Origin: a virus
Strand: one strand, 5' to 3'
DNA length: 64,000 nucleotides
Virus record (IMG/VR): IMGVR_UViG_3300042878_000903
Coordinates: 1 to 64,000 of that record
The position numbers and the translations under genes were made by a program. How positions within the stretch are numbered: the first letter of the stretch is position 1; each line of letters begins with the position of its first letter. This document shows, piece after piece, positions 45,903 to 55,903 of this stretch. Under the pieces are notes generated by a model, which saw nothing but the letters and a program-made list of their open reading frames with translations, was not told where the DNA came from and searched no databases.

Positions 45903-46574
45903 TTACCAGACTAAATTGCTGTCTGAAGCAGAAGACTCTTCTTGATTTCCACCTTCGCCCATGTAGAAAGATTCTTGCTCTGCATAGGTAACGTGACGAA
46001 CTGCAGTCTTTTCTAGGTCATATAATTCTAAACTAGAAAAATCAAATGGAGCTTCATCCTTACCTAATGGAATAATCGTGTAGCTTGTGTCTGTCTTTGA
46101 ACCGTTACGCTTAATTCTCCACATCAAGTTTGTGATGCTTCCCATTTCGCCAGCATATTCAATTAAGGTAGGTGTGATTGTCTTGCCACTTGTTCCTTGT
46201 GAAAGAATTGCTACATAAGGCTCTTCTTTGCCATCGTCTACCAAGACGTTAATGTACAAACGAGTTCTGGCTTTCCAGCCAGCTTTTGGATCCTTGCGAT
46301 GTTGTTCATTTGCCCAGTCACGTCCTTCTGTCTCCATTGTATCTAGAGCCTTGCGACGGTAATCTTTTGGATTTGTGTGCTCTAATGCAATAAACCCACA
46401 ACCAAGCTTGTCATCATATGTTGGTGAATCAGGATCTAGTTCTTGCAAGAAACGAACTTTTACGCTTTCTCCATCCTCAATCTTTAACCAACGGCCTTTA
46501 TTTTCATCCCCACCACTGTAGGTAGGCTTATCTAGTGCTTTGTTTAAGTCTTTTAGACCTTTTACGATACTCAT
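45903..46574 (-). CDS. single-stranded DNA-binding protein (gp32-like)
   Basis: L..GES..VRF; KR.G..T.TSY; acidic tail ending in W; replication context. Confidence 0.75.
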   Translation of the reverse strand: MSIVKGLKDLNKALDKPTYSGGDENKGRWLKIEDGESVKVRFLQELDPDSPTYDDKLGCGFIALEHTNPKDYRRKALDTMETEGRDWANEQHRKDPKAGWKARTRLYINVLVDDGKEEPYVAILSQGTSGKTITPTLIEYAGEMGSITNLMWRIKRNGSKTDTSYTIIPLGKDEAPFDFSSLELYDLEKTAVRHVTYAEQESFYMGEGGNQEESSASDSNLVW

Positions 46575-46628
46575 TGTATCTCCTTTTTATATAGTTGACG
46601 GTATAAATCCATCTGTTGTTTTAGTATA

Positions 46629-47624
46629 TCATATCCATGAGCGATATTCAATATCTGATACGGATTTTTTTATGCATGTTTTTATTTCTTCTTCGGTTAA
46701 ATCTCCAGCATCCTTAGCCTTATTTGGGTATATTTCACGATATCCAAAAGAAGCCCAAGAAATATCTTTGTTGCGTAGCTTACTAGAAATAGATTTACCT
46801 AACTCTCTGCCAGCTTCATCAGCATCAGTCATAATAATTATCTTATTAAAATGTCTGTTTAATAAAGACTGCTGTTCATTAGATAAAAATCCTCCCAGTG
46901 TAGCAACAACATTTGGAAAGCCCGCTTGGTGAATTCTTATTGCATCAAAATTAGATTCGCAAACTATTACTTGGTCACCAATTTTCTTAGCCCTGTGAAT
47001 ATTAAATAGAGTTTTGCTCTTAGGCAAGTTTGTGCTATTTTTAAAAGACTTGCCCTCAATAGACCTTCCGACTATTCCAATTGGAATTCCATCTGGGCTA
47101 TGAACTGGAGTAACAACCATATTCATTGATGGCGAATAGCCAAGACCAAAGTGTTTCATAGACTCTACGCTAATACCTCTAGACTCTAAATAGGTTCTGG
47201 CATTACCGTTACCAGCAAGATCGGAATGAAGTCTATCTAATGTTTCTTGTGAAAATTTATCAAAAGATGGTTTTTCTGAAAGCATTTCTTCCATTAGGCT
47301 ATCAAAATTATTTAACGATTCAGTTTCTTTAGCCGCAATTAATCTTAACGCTTGAAAGTCATTCTTATCCATAGTACGTTTAATTAAATCAATTAAAGTT
47401 CCAGTTTCCCCACATGCAGGATTAAAGCATATAAATGCCCCAGATGTTTGGCTTACGCTAAAACTAGACGTATGCCTATTAGAATGAAATGGACAGTAGC
47501 ATAGGAAATCATTGCCTGTTGCGCCAACAATATTAAGTCCTATTTCAGCTAAGACTGATTTAATATGGCTTGGGGCGTAGTCCTTGGTATCAATTTGTTT
47601 TGAGTTATACCCTCGAATTGCCAT
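46629..47624 (-). CDS. dnaG: DNA primase (start about MAIRG)
   Basis: CPFH...C...C zinc finger; GR; E..FD; TOPRIM DAD.AG; KD. Confidence 0.92.
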   Translation of the reverse strand: MAIRGYNSKQIDTKDYAPSHIKSVLAEIGLNIVGATGNDFLCYCPFHSNRHTSSFSVSQTSGAFICFNPACGETGTLIDLIKRTMDKNDFQALRLIAAKETESLNNFDSLMEEMLSEKPSFDKFSQETLDRLHSDLAGNGNARTYLESRGISVESMKHFGLGYSPSMNMVVTPVHSPDGIPIGIVGRSIEGKSFKNSTNLPKSKTLFNIHRAKKIGDQVIVCESNFDAIRIHQAGFPNVVATLGGFLSNEQQSLLNRHFNKIIIMTDADEAGRELGKSISSKLRNKDISWASFGYREIYPNKAKDAGDLTEEEIKTCIKKSVSDIEYRSWI

Positions 47625-47851
47625 GCTTTCTTCCTTCCCACATATATCCCGTGAAGAGTCATTAAGAATCTCCATGTTGCTCCAGTAAACTCTATTGAAA
47701 AAGCTGGATCAATATCTAATACTCTTACGTATCCTTTACCACGCATATCTTGTATTAATAAGTTTTCGTACTGAGGTCTTAAGCTTATAATCTGACTATC
47801 GTCATTAAACTCTACCTCAATTTGAAACCTTTTAATTCTTTTGTGCGTCAT
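47549..47851 (-). CDS. hypothetical protein
   Basis: ORF track (likely start MTHKR). Confidence 0.7.
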   Translation of the reverse strand: MTHKRIKRFQIEVEFNDDSQIISLRPQYENLLIQDMRGKGYVRVLDIDPAFSIEFTGATWRFLMTLHGIYVGRKKAWQFEGITQNKLIPRTTPQAILNQS

Positions 47852-49079
47852 TTGCAAACGGATTTTCGTAAATCTCTTTGACAATACCCCTGTTAATATC
47901 CCAATCTAGGAATACACCGAAGTCGTGTCCGTGTCTATTTTTTCTAGAAACAATTTCGATCATGTCTGTGCCCTTGTACTTATGAATAGCCATAGCCATG
48001 TCTGCATCGTATTCAATTGCTTTTGACCAAGCAACTTGACTCATCATAGGAGGGTTATCTTGGTCTGTAATATCGTCTGCTGTAGCAGCAGTAATATCAA
48101 TAATAGGAATATTATTCCTTACTGCTAAATTTTTAAATTCACGAGAAATATTCATATTGCGCTCTGTAGGAGCCTTTGAATTATTATTATCAGTAAACAA
48201 CTGATGATAATCAAGAATAACAATGTCTGGCTTGTGTTGATCTATCTTAGCCTGAATAGCATTTGGAGTTACATTACCAGAGCCTTCATTTGATACTAAA
48301 ATAAACTTATTCTTGTCTACAAATTTTTTCCCCGACCAGGTTCTAAAATCGTCAATATTAATATCACCCTTTGCAAAATCGCTAGCCTTAAATAAACCTG
48401 AGCCAAGCATTGTATAAATTCTGTCACGCATATTTTCTGGTGTCATTTCAAGAGAAACAATCATAGGCTTAAATCCCTGCTCCCATGCCTTGCAGGCAAG
48501 GTAGGATGTAAACCATGTCTTTCCTTTCCCTGGCCAGCCAATAGCCACTATAAGGTGTCCTGGAGCCATTCCAGTGGGGTATGCAAGGTCAATTGACTGG
48601 AACCCAGTCTTAATGCCTGGAGAACCTCCCATCTCGGCTGTACGGGCCTTTAGAGCCTCTAAATGCTTAATTGCTTTATCTGCATCAGTTATATCTAGGT
48701 CACGGACATTATTCGTATATTTATTTAAGCTAGAAAGCTGGGACTGAAGTTCGGCAATAACCCTAGAAGCGACATCTTCTTTAAGCATTGATCCGCCACG
48801 AATTAAAATACTTTTTAGTCTGCTAGATAAGAATTCATTCTTTAGGTTATCTAGGTAATATGCAGTCTCTGCAGTTGCATTTAGGTCTGGCTCAAAGTCT
48901 TTAAACTTTTCTTGTAGGATTCCAATTTCTGGTATAGCCTTAAACTTATTATAATAAGACTTTAGACCATCCCAAACATCTCCGTGAGAGGTAAATAGCT
49001 CATCAACATTTTCTGCCATAACAGTGCTTATATCTTTATTCTTGCATATAGCAGAAATTAGTGTTGCTTCTGTATTCAT
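47832..49079 (-). CDS. dnaB: DnaB-like replicative helicase
   Basis: GWPGKGKT, SLEM, ILDY.QL, IEYDAD, KNR.G. Confidence 0.93.
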   Translation of the reverse strand: MNTEATLISAICKNKDISTVMAENVDELFTSHGDVWDGLKSYYNKFKAIPEIGILQEKFKDFEPDLNATAETAYYLDNLKNEFLSSRLKSILIRGGSMLKEDVASRVIAELQSQLSSLNKYTNNVRDLDITDADKAIKHLEALKARTAEMGGSPGIKTGFQSIDLAYPTGMAPGHLIVAIGWPGKGKTWFTSYLACKAWEQGFKPMIVSLEMTPENMRDRIYTMLGSGLFKASDFAKGDINIDDFRTWSGKKFVDKNKFILVSNEGSGNVTPNAIQAKIDQHKPDIVILDYHQLFTDNNNSKAPTERNMNISREFKNLAVRNNIPIIDITAATADDITDQDNPPMMSQVAWSKAIEYDADMAMAIHKYKGTDMIEIVSRKNRHGHDFGVFLDWDINRGIVKEIYENPFANDAQKN

Positions 49080-49396
49080 AGCCCGCCCTCTTCCACCATC
49101 TTTTTAGTAGACTCTCGCAGTAGTCGGCGTGTCTCAATATCCTTTTGTAACTCTATTCTAGCATTTTCCATTTTATCAAAGTTATAATAAAAGAATTGTA
49201 GTGGGTGCCCTGTTTTTTCTAGGCTAAAATAATAATTCAACAAGTCATTTGCCTTATGAAATCCTACGCTATCAATTACATCCTGCATGGCCCATTTTTC
49301 TCTAAATTTATTTAATACAGGAAGCCTGCCATATCTTTCTTTATAAAGATTTTGGTAATTTGTCATAAGGATATATGGCTCTCTGTTATTTGCCAC
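49076..49396 (-). CDS. hypothetical protein
   Basis: ORF track. Confidence 0.7.
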   Translation of the reverse strand: MANNREPYILMTNYQNLYKERYGRLPVLNKFREKWAMQDVIDSVGFHKANDLLNYYFSLEKTGHPLQFFYYNFDKMENARIELQKDIETRRLLRESTKKMVEEGGL

Positions 49397-49589
49397 TTTT
49401 CAGCTCTTTCTCTATTTCACCAATTTTTTCAATTAGCTTTTTTTCTACAAATTGGTAAACTCTTTCCGTAGCAATATCAACTGTTTCTCCAGAACGGGCA
49501 TCATCTTCTATGCCAACATTTATCCTGATGCTTTCATAATTACCAAGATTTCTGGTAAAAGAAAGATCAACCTTTACTCTTGTTGTCAT
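49386..49589 (-). CDS. hypothetical protein (T.NLGNYES motif)
   Basis: ORF track. Confidence 0.75.
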   Translation of the reverse strand: MTTRVKVDLSFTRNLGNYESIRINVGIEDDARSGETVDIATERVYQFVEKKLIEKIGEIEKELKSGK

Positions 49590-49699
49590 TTATGCTCCGC
49601 CTTCTTATGTCTAGTTAATGTATCGCTGGCAAATATTCCCCAGCGAACTTCTATATCCCGTTTACAAATATCACAGGTAGCTAACCTACTTTTTTCCAT
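49586..49699 (-). CDS. 37-aa C2H2 zinc-finger-like peptide (not in ORF track)
   Basis: CDIC...L.RH...EH; ATGA-coupled to next gene. Confidence 0.6.
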   Translation of the reverse strand: MEKSRLATCDICKRDIEVRWGIFASDTLTRHKKAEHK

Positions 49700-49956
49700 C
49701 TTCTACCTTCTTTATTATAACGGGGCCGTTCTTAGAATTCCACTCCTCAACTTCTTTTTCTCTTTTACGTTTTTTAGAAGCACCAGTCTCAAGTGTATAT
49801 ATTGCGTTGTAACTCATTATTACGCCTTCCATACTGCAGTAAACTCAAACTTACTAATACATTTAACGCAAATGGCAAAAATATCTGGCTGCATAATAAC
49901 TGGATACACCTTAGCTTTTGCACCTAAATTCCTACCGCATTCTTCACAAGAATTCA

Positions 49957-50439
49957 TTACTCCGCCTTCCATACTGGTACAAAGCCATCAACGGTCTTAG
50001 TATACAATATAAAGCTGTGTTTGAGAAGGGCCAATAATTCTGCCTTAGACGGAACATTTTTAGAATGCCCTGCCTCTAATATATATTGATGTAAATCTAA
50101 TATATCTTTATCGCTAAACATATACTTATACCAAACATCTTCTGAAGCACTACCTATAGGATAAATTTTTTGTGGAGATTTAATTTTTCCTTCTAGAATA
50201 TATTCTTGTATCGTAACCCTATGTTTATTTAACATTGAGGCAACCTGAACAATACTATACGCACTGCCCATATTTTTATCTACTTCTGAATATGGGTAAA
50301 GCATTCTTTTCTTATCTAAATACGACCAAGCAATTAGTTGATCTTTAGCTCTAGATAAGCTAAGAGTCTTGTGTATTTTTTCGTTTAAGAAGAAATACCG
50401 TACTTCTTTGAGTGATTTTCTTCTAGTGTCTCTAGCCAT
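49957..50439 (-). CDS. HTH DNA-binding protein
   Basis: YSI.QVA.ML.KH..TI..YI.EG.I (MerR/excisionase-like). Confidence 0.7.
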   Translation of the reverse strand: MARDTRRKSLKEVRYFFLNEKIHKTLSLSRAKDQLIAWSYLDKKRMLYPYSEVDKNMGSAYSIVQVASMLNKHRVTIQEYILEGKIKSPQKIYPIGSASEDVWYKYMFSDKDILDLHQYILEAGHSKNVPSKAELLALLKHSFILYTKTVDGFVPVWKAE

Positions 50440-50573
50440 TTGCCCATCTTATTTGTACTTTTATTCATCATCCAGCGCTTGCCGCACATGATGCAAAACA
50501 ATTCCATATGCATTTTTTGAGAAAATACTCTGTCTACAAATACTCTCCCACCGCATTTATTGCATTTAATCAT
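50385..50573 (-). CDS. zinc-ribbon protein (start MIKC)
   Basis: CNKCGG...CIMCG. Confidence 0.7.
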   Translation of the reverse strand: MIKCNKCGGRVFVDRVFSQKMHMELFCIMCGKRWMMNKSTNKMGKWLETLEENHSKKYGISS

Positions 50574-51385
50574 ACCTGAAATAACTTTCCATCTACTACA
50601 CAAGTATAATCTGGAGATACGTGTATCATATTAACGTGTGGATACTTTCCATTTTCAATATGAGCTATTGCAAATCCTTTTTGCCAGTCATGATGCTGTG
50701 TATATTTCATACCTGGACCCTTTTCATCACACATGTGGCCAATCTCATACCCACGTAAAGTTTCTCCTTTGCCTTTATTTCTAAGCTCGTAAGTAACCAT
50801 GTGTGAAGCAATCCTATGAGAATGACCTCTAATTAAAGACACCTGCATATCTTCCATATCTTTTCTAACAGATCCAGTTGCTGCAATAGACATTCCATGA
50901 TGAACATGTATATCTCCAAAACGGCGCTCTGGCAATTCGTTATAATAAATATAATCGTAGCCCAATGAATCTAAACTCCATAGAGCTTCTGGTGTTACAT
51001 GCTTTGCATATTCAGGTATTTTTTTATCTAGATAATCAAAAATTCTAATATCATGGTTTCCTAGTGCTGAGAACAGCTGGGAGTCTGGAAGCATTTTTCT
51101 TGTTCTTTCATAAAATTCTCTAGCGCCGCTTGCTTCAATCTTCATATCTTTTAGCATTAGCTCTAAATCATTTGTCACGTCATCATTCTTATATGCCTTT
51201 AAAAATTCTGTCGGTTTGCCATCTGTATATTTACTATAACAGGCTTGATCGTCTGTGTCACCAAGGTAATCGACAACGTCTGGCTTAAACCATTTCATAA
51301 CTTTAAACCAAAGCTCGATCATCTTGTCGTCCTGATATGGAAATTGCTGATCTGAGGACAGCATCCATTTTAAGTCGTTAGTCAT
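50570..51385 (-). CDS. calcineurin-like metallophosphoesterase
   Basis: SD.Q, LGD..D, GNHD, HG, GHSH. Confidence 0.88.
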   Translation of the reverse strand: MTNDLKWMLSSDQQFPYQDDKMIELWFKVMKWFKPDVVDYLGDTDDQACYSKYTDGKPTEFLKAYKNDDVTNDLELMLKDMKIEASGAREFYERTRKMLPDSQLFSALGNHDIRIFDYLDKKIPEYAKHVTPEALWSLDSLGYDYIYYNELPERRFGDIHVHHGMSIAATGSVRKDMEDMQVSLIRGHSHRIASHMVTYELRNKGKGETLRGYEIGHMCDEKGPGMKYTQHHDWQKGFAIAHIENGKYPHVNMIHVSPDYTCVVDGKLFQV

Positions 51386-51404
51386 TGTTTACCTTAATGT
51401 CAGT

Positions 51405-51428
51405 AGGCCATGAATATTCATGGCCTAT
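51405..51428. repeat. perfect 24-bp palindrome TAGGCCATGAATATTCATGGCCTA
   Basis: Direct; lies between tail and replication modules. Confidence 0.8.
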
Positions 51429-51440
51429 AGTCTAAATCAA

Positions 51441-51468
51441 ATTGTAGCATAGTGCTACATATTGTCAA
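51441..51468 (-). promoter_or_regulatory. promoter TTGACA-16-TACAAT with internal palindrome TGTAGCA-N3-TGCTACA
   Basis: Direct match. Confidence 0.65.
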
Positions 51469-51471
51469 TAC

Positions 51472-51897
51472 CTAAGTCGTGCTACAAGCAATCCAATTTA
51501 CGTAAAGACTTCCGCTAGCACTGGCGCCTACATTCTGCATTTGTATTGAAAACCCTGTAGTGGATGCAGCAGTCACTATTGGCTGAAACTTATTAACTAA
51601 TATTGCACTAGCTGAAGGTTGCCAAATCGTACACACGATATTTGGCTGAGCATCAAAATCCCTTTTAAATTTTACTGCGGTAACTGTCTTTCCGTCTTTA
51701 TTGGCAGTAATTTTCAGTCTGCCAGACTCAATTTGTGTTTGAACACTCGACCCAGGAGGTGGTGTTGAGCTGCCACTATCGTTAATAGAATTTGATAAAC
51801 TATTTATTATATTTATATTAGACACAATGTTGGACAATAACTCTGATGTTATTGGATCCCCTGGATTTACAGGCATTGGTTGCAATTGTTCAGCCAT
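51472..51897 (-). CDS. minor tail protein (lectin/gp53-like C-terminus)
   Basis: V.F...F...P.I..T ... GF.I ... V.WIA. Confidence 0.6.
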   Translation of the reverse strand: MAEQLQPMPVNPGDPITSELLSNIVSNINIINSLSNSINDSGSSTPPPGSSVQTQIESGRLKITANKDGKTVTAVKFKRDFDAQPNIVCTIWQPSASAILVNKFQPIVTAASTTGFSIQMQNVGASASGSLYVNWIACSTT

Positions 51898-51899
51898 TT

Positions 51900-52061
51900 T
51901 TACTCCTTTGGTTTTTCCTTTGGTGCCTCTAGTTCTTGAATTTTTAATGACAACTGAGTAATCTCGGCACGAAGAACAGCAATACTTGTCTCATATTGTG
52001 AGACAATTTCTCCAATACGTTGCTGTAATGCTGTTACAATTAATTCTAATCTATTATCCAT
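51900..52061 (-). CDS. 53-aa coiled-coil protein (not in ORF track)
   Basis: TAATG-coupled to tail fibre gene. Confidence 0.65.
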   Translation of the reverse strand: MDNRLELIVTALQQRIGEIVSQYETSIAVLRAEITQLSLKIQELEAPKEKPKE

Positions 52062-54589
52062 TATATACCCTTCAGTGTATTTACTTCTTGTTGTAATGAT
52101 TCTACCATATTTGACAATTCTTGTATAGCTTTGGTTAGCGGTGAAATAAATTCTTCATAAACCAAAGCCTGGCTAGACTCTGGATCATCCTTGTCGGCTA
52201 GCGTCCAAAAAGCTGCTGAGTCATATATACCTGATTGGTCTAAAGCTTCTTTTACTTCTTGAGCTACAAACCCGTAATGATTTCTTAATCCTGGGTCATT
52301 CAAATTTGGCTCAGTTATTGGCTTATCAGAATTTTCATGTAATATTTGGTTACCGTCTTCATCTATAACTGGCTTAACGGATCTTGAATTCAGTTTGTAT
52401 TTTCTTGGATTCAATTTTTTAATAAAATCTAGGCCTAGATCTGAAACCTGTATGTTATTTTTATTTCTATTATCTGAGCTTACGTTTGGACTATTTATTA
52501 AAAATACGTTTCTCCATCTAAGGTTAAAAGGGGAGCTTACAAATCCGAGTGAAGCGTCGTCAGTATAATACGGATACCAATTTGAAAGAGTTCCAGCTGA
52601 TCCCGCAGACATCATGTTTATAGCATTTACTGCTAAAGCCTCAATCGAGGTACCAGTTCGTATAGACTTTGTTTTAAAATAATAAGAATTAGTCAATGAT
52701 CCAACTGTAATGGTTGGGGTTGTAATAGCTACACTTGCACCAATTGTTCCAGCAGTAATTTTATCTGCGTTGATATTAAATGCTGAAATAAAAGTTGAAA
52801 CAACTGCATCTGAAGATATTGTTCCAGCTGTTATTTTACCTCCGCTAATTGTAGTTGTTGTAGTAGAACTGTTAATGCTATTAACAATTGCATCCCTGTT
52901 AAAACTACTAGATGGTAAAGCGGCATCTGCCGTTGCTTTTGCAGCCTGAGCAGCAATTTTTGCGGTATTGGCATCTGATGCAGCAGTTGTTGCGGTGGTA
53001 GAAACAGTAGTTAACTGTGTAGATGTTGCGTACCCAGAAATACTTGAGCCCGCTCCAAAAACTGCACCTGTCGCATAAAGAGTTCCATCAGATTTAATTT
53101 TAAACTTTGCGTTTGCATCTGGTGTATTGTTGCCAGCCCACATAAGAAATGTGTCGCTACCAGAAACTTCTGTTCCTAAATAAATACTATTTTGTGCACT
53201 TGCCCCAACTTGTATTTTGCCATTACCAGTGCTATCTAATATAATATTGTTTTTAGAAAAAGTATTATCTCCCAATGCCCAACCAGCAATACTTCCACCA
53301 TTTGCGGTTATAGTTCCTGTTGCAGCAGATATAGTTACAGACTTTGTGCCATTAGCAACTTTAAGTCCTGTTGAGTTTAATGCAAATCCATTGCCTGTTA
53401 AGTTTCCAGTTGTAGCATCAATTGTTCCGCTATATATAGATGCTCCAGTTGTAGACATAAATATATTACCGCTAAACTGCCCACCTCTAGCTGTTATGTT
53501 ACCATCTACAGCAAATGTAGAGCCGTCCCACAAAAGGTAGTTTGAGGTTGACCCTCCAACTTTAAGTCTGGCACTGTTTGCTGCATTAATATACCAATAG
53601 TTGCTGGCATCAAAATATAAACCTTTATTTGTTGCAACTGATCCCACCCCTACTCCAAATTCAAAATCTCCGCCCTTAATAAAATTTGTTACTGATGGAG
53701 TTCCAGTAACCGTAACATCTGGTCCAGATGTATACAAAGAAGATGTATTATTATATTCATCATATGTAGCAACTGCTATTTTATAGGTTGAGCCAATTAC
53801 TAATCCAGCAAGTTTATATGTTGTTCCAGTTCCTGGAGAATCGACATAAGAATAAGTGGCTCCGCTATCATTACTAAATCTAATTCTATATCCTCTTATG
53901 CCACCTCCCGTTACTGCTGGCCAAGATATGTTTGCGTAAGCATTGAATCCCAAGTATCCAGATGTATCAATTCCACTTTCAGTAGTCACGGAAGTTACGT
54001 TTGCTGGTCCAGTTGTATCTACAACAATTGGGTCTATTGCTTTGAATGGGCCAAAAGAAACACTTTTCTTTCTATAATCTTGATCTCGTGTGTCAACTCT
54101 TATCCACCTGTTTGCCGTATTTGAAACAAGTATGGTTGCAGAATTTCCGTTCCCATTCCAAACTAAATATTCTTCTCCTGCAAATGCTCCAGTTAAACTT
54201 TCGTATATTTGTATATCAATAAGCCATTTGTTTGCAACCAAAGCTTTATCTATTAAAGTCCAGTTTACTCCATAAGAAAGAAGTGAAGGTGTTACAACAA
54301 GGTTGGTAACTGGCTGAGTTAAATCAGGAGTTTGTAGCGTAAATACAAAGTTTGGGGACCTAGTTCCAGGAATAAGGTTTGAAGCATTATTTGGATCAGA
54401 GTATAAATACGAAAATGAGAATTGATATTTACCATTCATTACAACATTTAATCCTGATTTTTTAACAGTAAAGGAATCTGCGCTTTTTGTATTGGCCGCT
54501 GTAGCCGCTTCTGCATTTGTTTTGCTTAAGTCTGCTGGTATATATCTTCCACTTACTGGATCATATCTGCCTGGGGAATATTTATCCAT
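52061..54589 (-). CDS. tail fibre/spike with FN3 domain and C-terminal peptidase S74 chaperone
   Basis: FN3 motif; SSDNRNKNNI cleavage motif; GFVAQEV; KAIQEL coiled coil. Confidence 0.85.
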   Translation of the reverse strand: MDKYSPGRYDPVSGRYIPADLSKTNAEAATAANTKSADSFTVKKSGLNVVMNGKYQFSFSYLYSDPNNASNLIPGTRSPNFVFTLQTPDLTQPVTNLVVTPSLLSYGVNWTLIDKALVANKWLIDIQIYESLTGAFAGEEYLVWNGNGNSATILVSNTANRWIRVDTRDQDYRKKSVSFGPFKAIDPIVVDTTGPANVTSVTTESGIDTSGYLGFNAYANISWPAVTGGGIRGYRIRFSNDSGATYSYVDSPGTGTTYKLAGLVIGSTYKIAVATYDEYNNTSSLYTSGPDVTVTGTPSVTNFIKGGDFEFGVGVGSVATNKGLYFDASNYWYINAANSARLKVGGSTSNYLLWDGSTFAVDGNITARGGQFSGNIFMSTTGASIYSGTIDATTGNLTGNGFALNSTGLKVANGTKSVTISAATGTITANGGSIAGWALGDNTFSKNNIILDSTGNGKIQVGASAQNSIYLGTEVSGSDTFLMWAGNNTPDANAKFKIKSDGTLYATGAVFGAGSSISGYATSTQLTTVSTTATTAASDANTAKIAAQAAKATADAALPSSSFNRDAIVNSINSSTTTTTISGGKITAGTISSDAVVSTFISAFNINADKITAGTIGASVAITTPTITVGSLTNSYYFKTKSIRTGTSIEALAVNAINMMSAGSAGTLSNWYPYYTDDASLGFVSSPFNLRWRNVFLINSPNVSSDNRNKNNIQVSDLGLDFIKKLNPRKYKLNSRSVKPVIDEDGNQILHENSDKPITEPNLNDPGLRNHYGFVAQEVKEALDQSGIYDSAAFWTLADKDDPESSQALVYEEFISPLTKAIQELSNMVESLQQEVNTLKGI

Positions 54590-55476
54590 TATAAAAATCC
54601 TAAGTCTATCTTATATTCAATGTCCATTTCTATTCCAAGTGTTTTAACTAATGGGGTAGACAAGACTGATCTACTAATTAAACCATATTGGCTATTATAT
54701 CTGTCTTCATCATTTAATCTTAGCCCGTCTAATAAAACATTTGTAGCCCCTGAAACCTTAGCCTTAGCCCCTATTTCTATTATAGTAATTTGAGAAAAGT
54801 CTGTTGCTCCAGCGGATGAAAATGTAGAGTTAAATAGGCTAGATAACTTAAGTGATAAAATTTTATGTCCTATAGACGTTGTTGCTGCAAATCTTATTTC
54901 TTTATAATTGGTTGGTGAGCTATAAAATCTAACATAAATATAATCTAGGTTTAAATCTGTTTGATAAAAAGCAAGGGAAATTGAATCATCCACTCCGTAT
55001 CCAGCAAGATCAAAAACGGTGTCTAGGCTGTATGATTTTGATTGATTGCTTGCTGCGGTAATAGAAAAATATGAAGAGCCTATTCTGGGAGTTGGAGTTG
55101 AAACTGATATTGGCTGTTCACCATTTGAATCTTTCCAGCTTGTTGTGTTTTCAAAAGAAGATATGTATTTAGATGAATAGTCTGTATTTTGCAAAAACCC
55201 AGTAGGGAAAATTCCAATTTCTGATATTATTCCTTCAACATCTGTTGGTAGGGTGGTCTTATAAACTACGGAATATGTTGTTACTCCATTTGTTGTATTT
55301 GTTTGTATGTCAGAACTTCCAAGGAAAACTCCTGATCGATAAAATTCAAATTGCATGTCTGAGTCATTTACAGTTGGGGCTTGAGACCCTATTCCTACTG
55401 CAATGTCTTTTTGATTAAAATTAAGTCCGCTTGCCAAATAAGATGTTATAAACCTTTTACCAAATTTTGTTATCAT
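54589..55476 (-). CDS. tail/baseplate-associated protein
   Basis: IT..G...IA.G.G...P; I.EIGIF; K...EY.I; tail context. Confidence 0.65.
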   Translation of the reverse strand: MITKFGKRFITSYLASGLNFNQKDIAVGIGSQAPTVNDSDMQFEFYRSGVFLGSSDIQTNTTNGVTTYSVVYKTTLPTDVEGIISEIGIFPTGFLQNTDYSSKYISSFENTTSWKDSNGEQPISVSTPTPRIGSSYFSITAASNQSKSYSLDTVFDLAGYGVDDSISLAFYQTDLNLDYIYVRFYSSPTNYKEIRFAATTSIGHKILSLKLSSLFNSTFSSAGATDFSQITIIEIGAKAKVSGATNVLLDGLRLNDEDRYNSQYGLISRSVLSTPLVKTLGIEMDIEYKIDLGFL

Positions 55477-55883
55477 ATTATCATTACTCCCTTTACAATC
55501 TCTCCAACACTATTTTTAACTTCAAAAGTAACTCTAAGCAGCCTATTATTATTCCCATCGTAATATATTTCTGGATCGGTTATTGTTTGGCCAGAAGAAT
55601 ATCTTTTTCCAGTTGTTCCAATTAAAACTATGTCCTCTAAATTTGGGGCATCCGAAGTATCTATTGGTTCATCTGGTGCGGTATCATCATCGTCATCTTC
55701 AACGTCTCCATTATCACCTGGAGATGAAGCAACATATGTTTTATCTACTTTATTAGTGTATATATTTACAATATCATATTGATCGCTTTTTAATACGTCA
55801 ATTAGGGGTGAGTCTTGGGGTAGCTGGACTTTAACTCCACCAGCAATTTGCGACTTTCCTATTCTTGGTTTTTTTGTAGCCAT
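55473..55883 (-). CDS. hypothetical tail-region protein, leaderless
   Basis: TGGTAGAAT 6 nt before ATG. Confidence 0.7.
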   Translation of the reverse strand: MATKKPRIGKSQIAGGVKVQLPQDSPLIDVLKSDQYDIVNIYTNKVDKTYVASSPGDNGDVEDDDDDTAPDEPIDTSDAPNLEDIVLIGTTGKRYSSGQTITDPEIYYDGNNNRLLRVTFEVKNSVGEIVKGVMII

Positions 55884-55903
55884 ATTAAGATTCTACCATT
55901 TCA

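Noticed and set aside
33438-49079. Inteins or introns in terL, recA, dnaE, dnaB
   Set aside because: Lengths are normal; no splice-junction motifs or homing endonuclease inserts seen
49452-50000. 182-aa + strand ORF
   Set aside because: Lies antisense to several coupled small - strand genes; no recognisable motif
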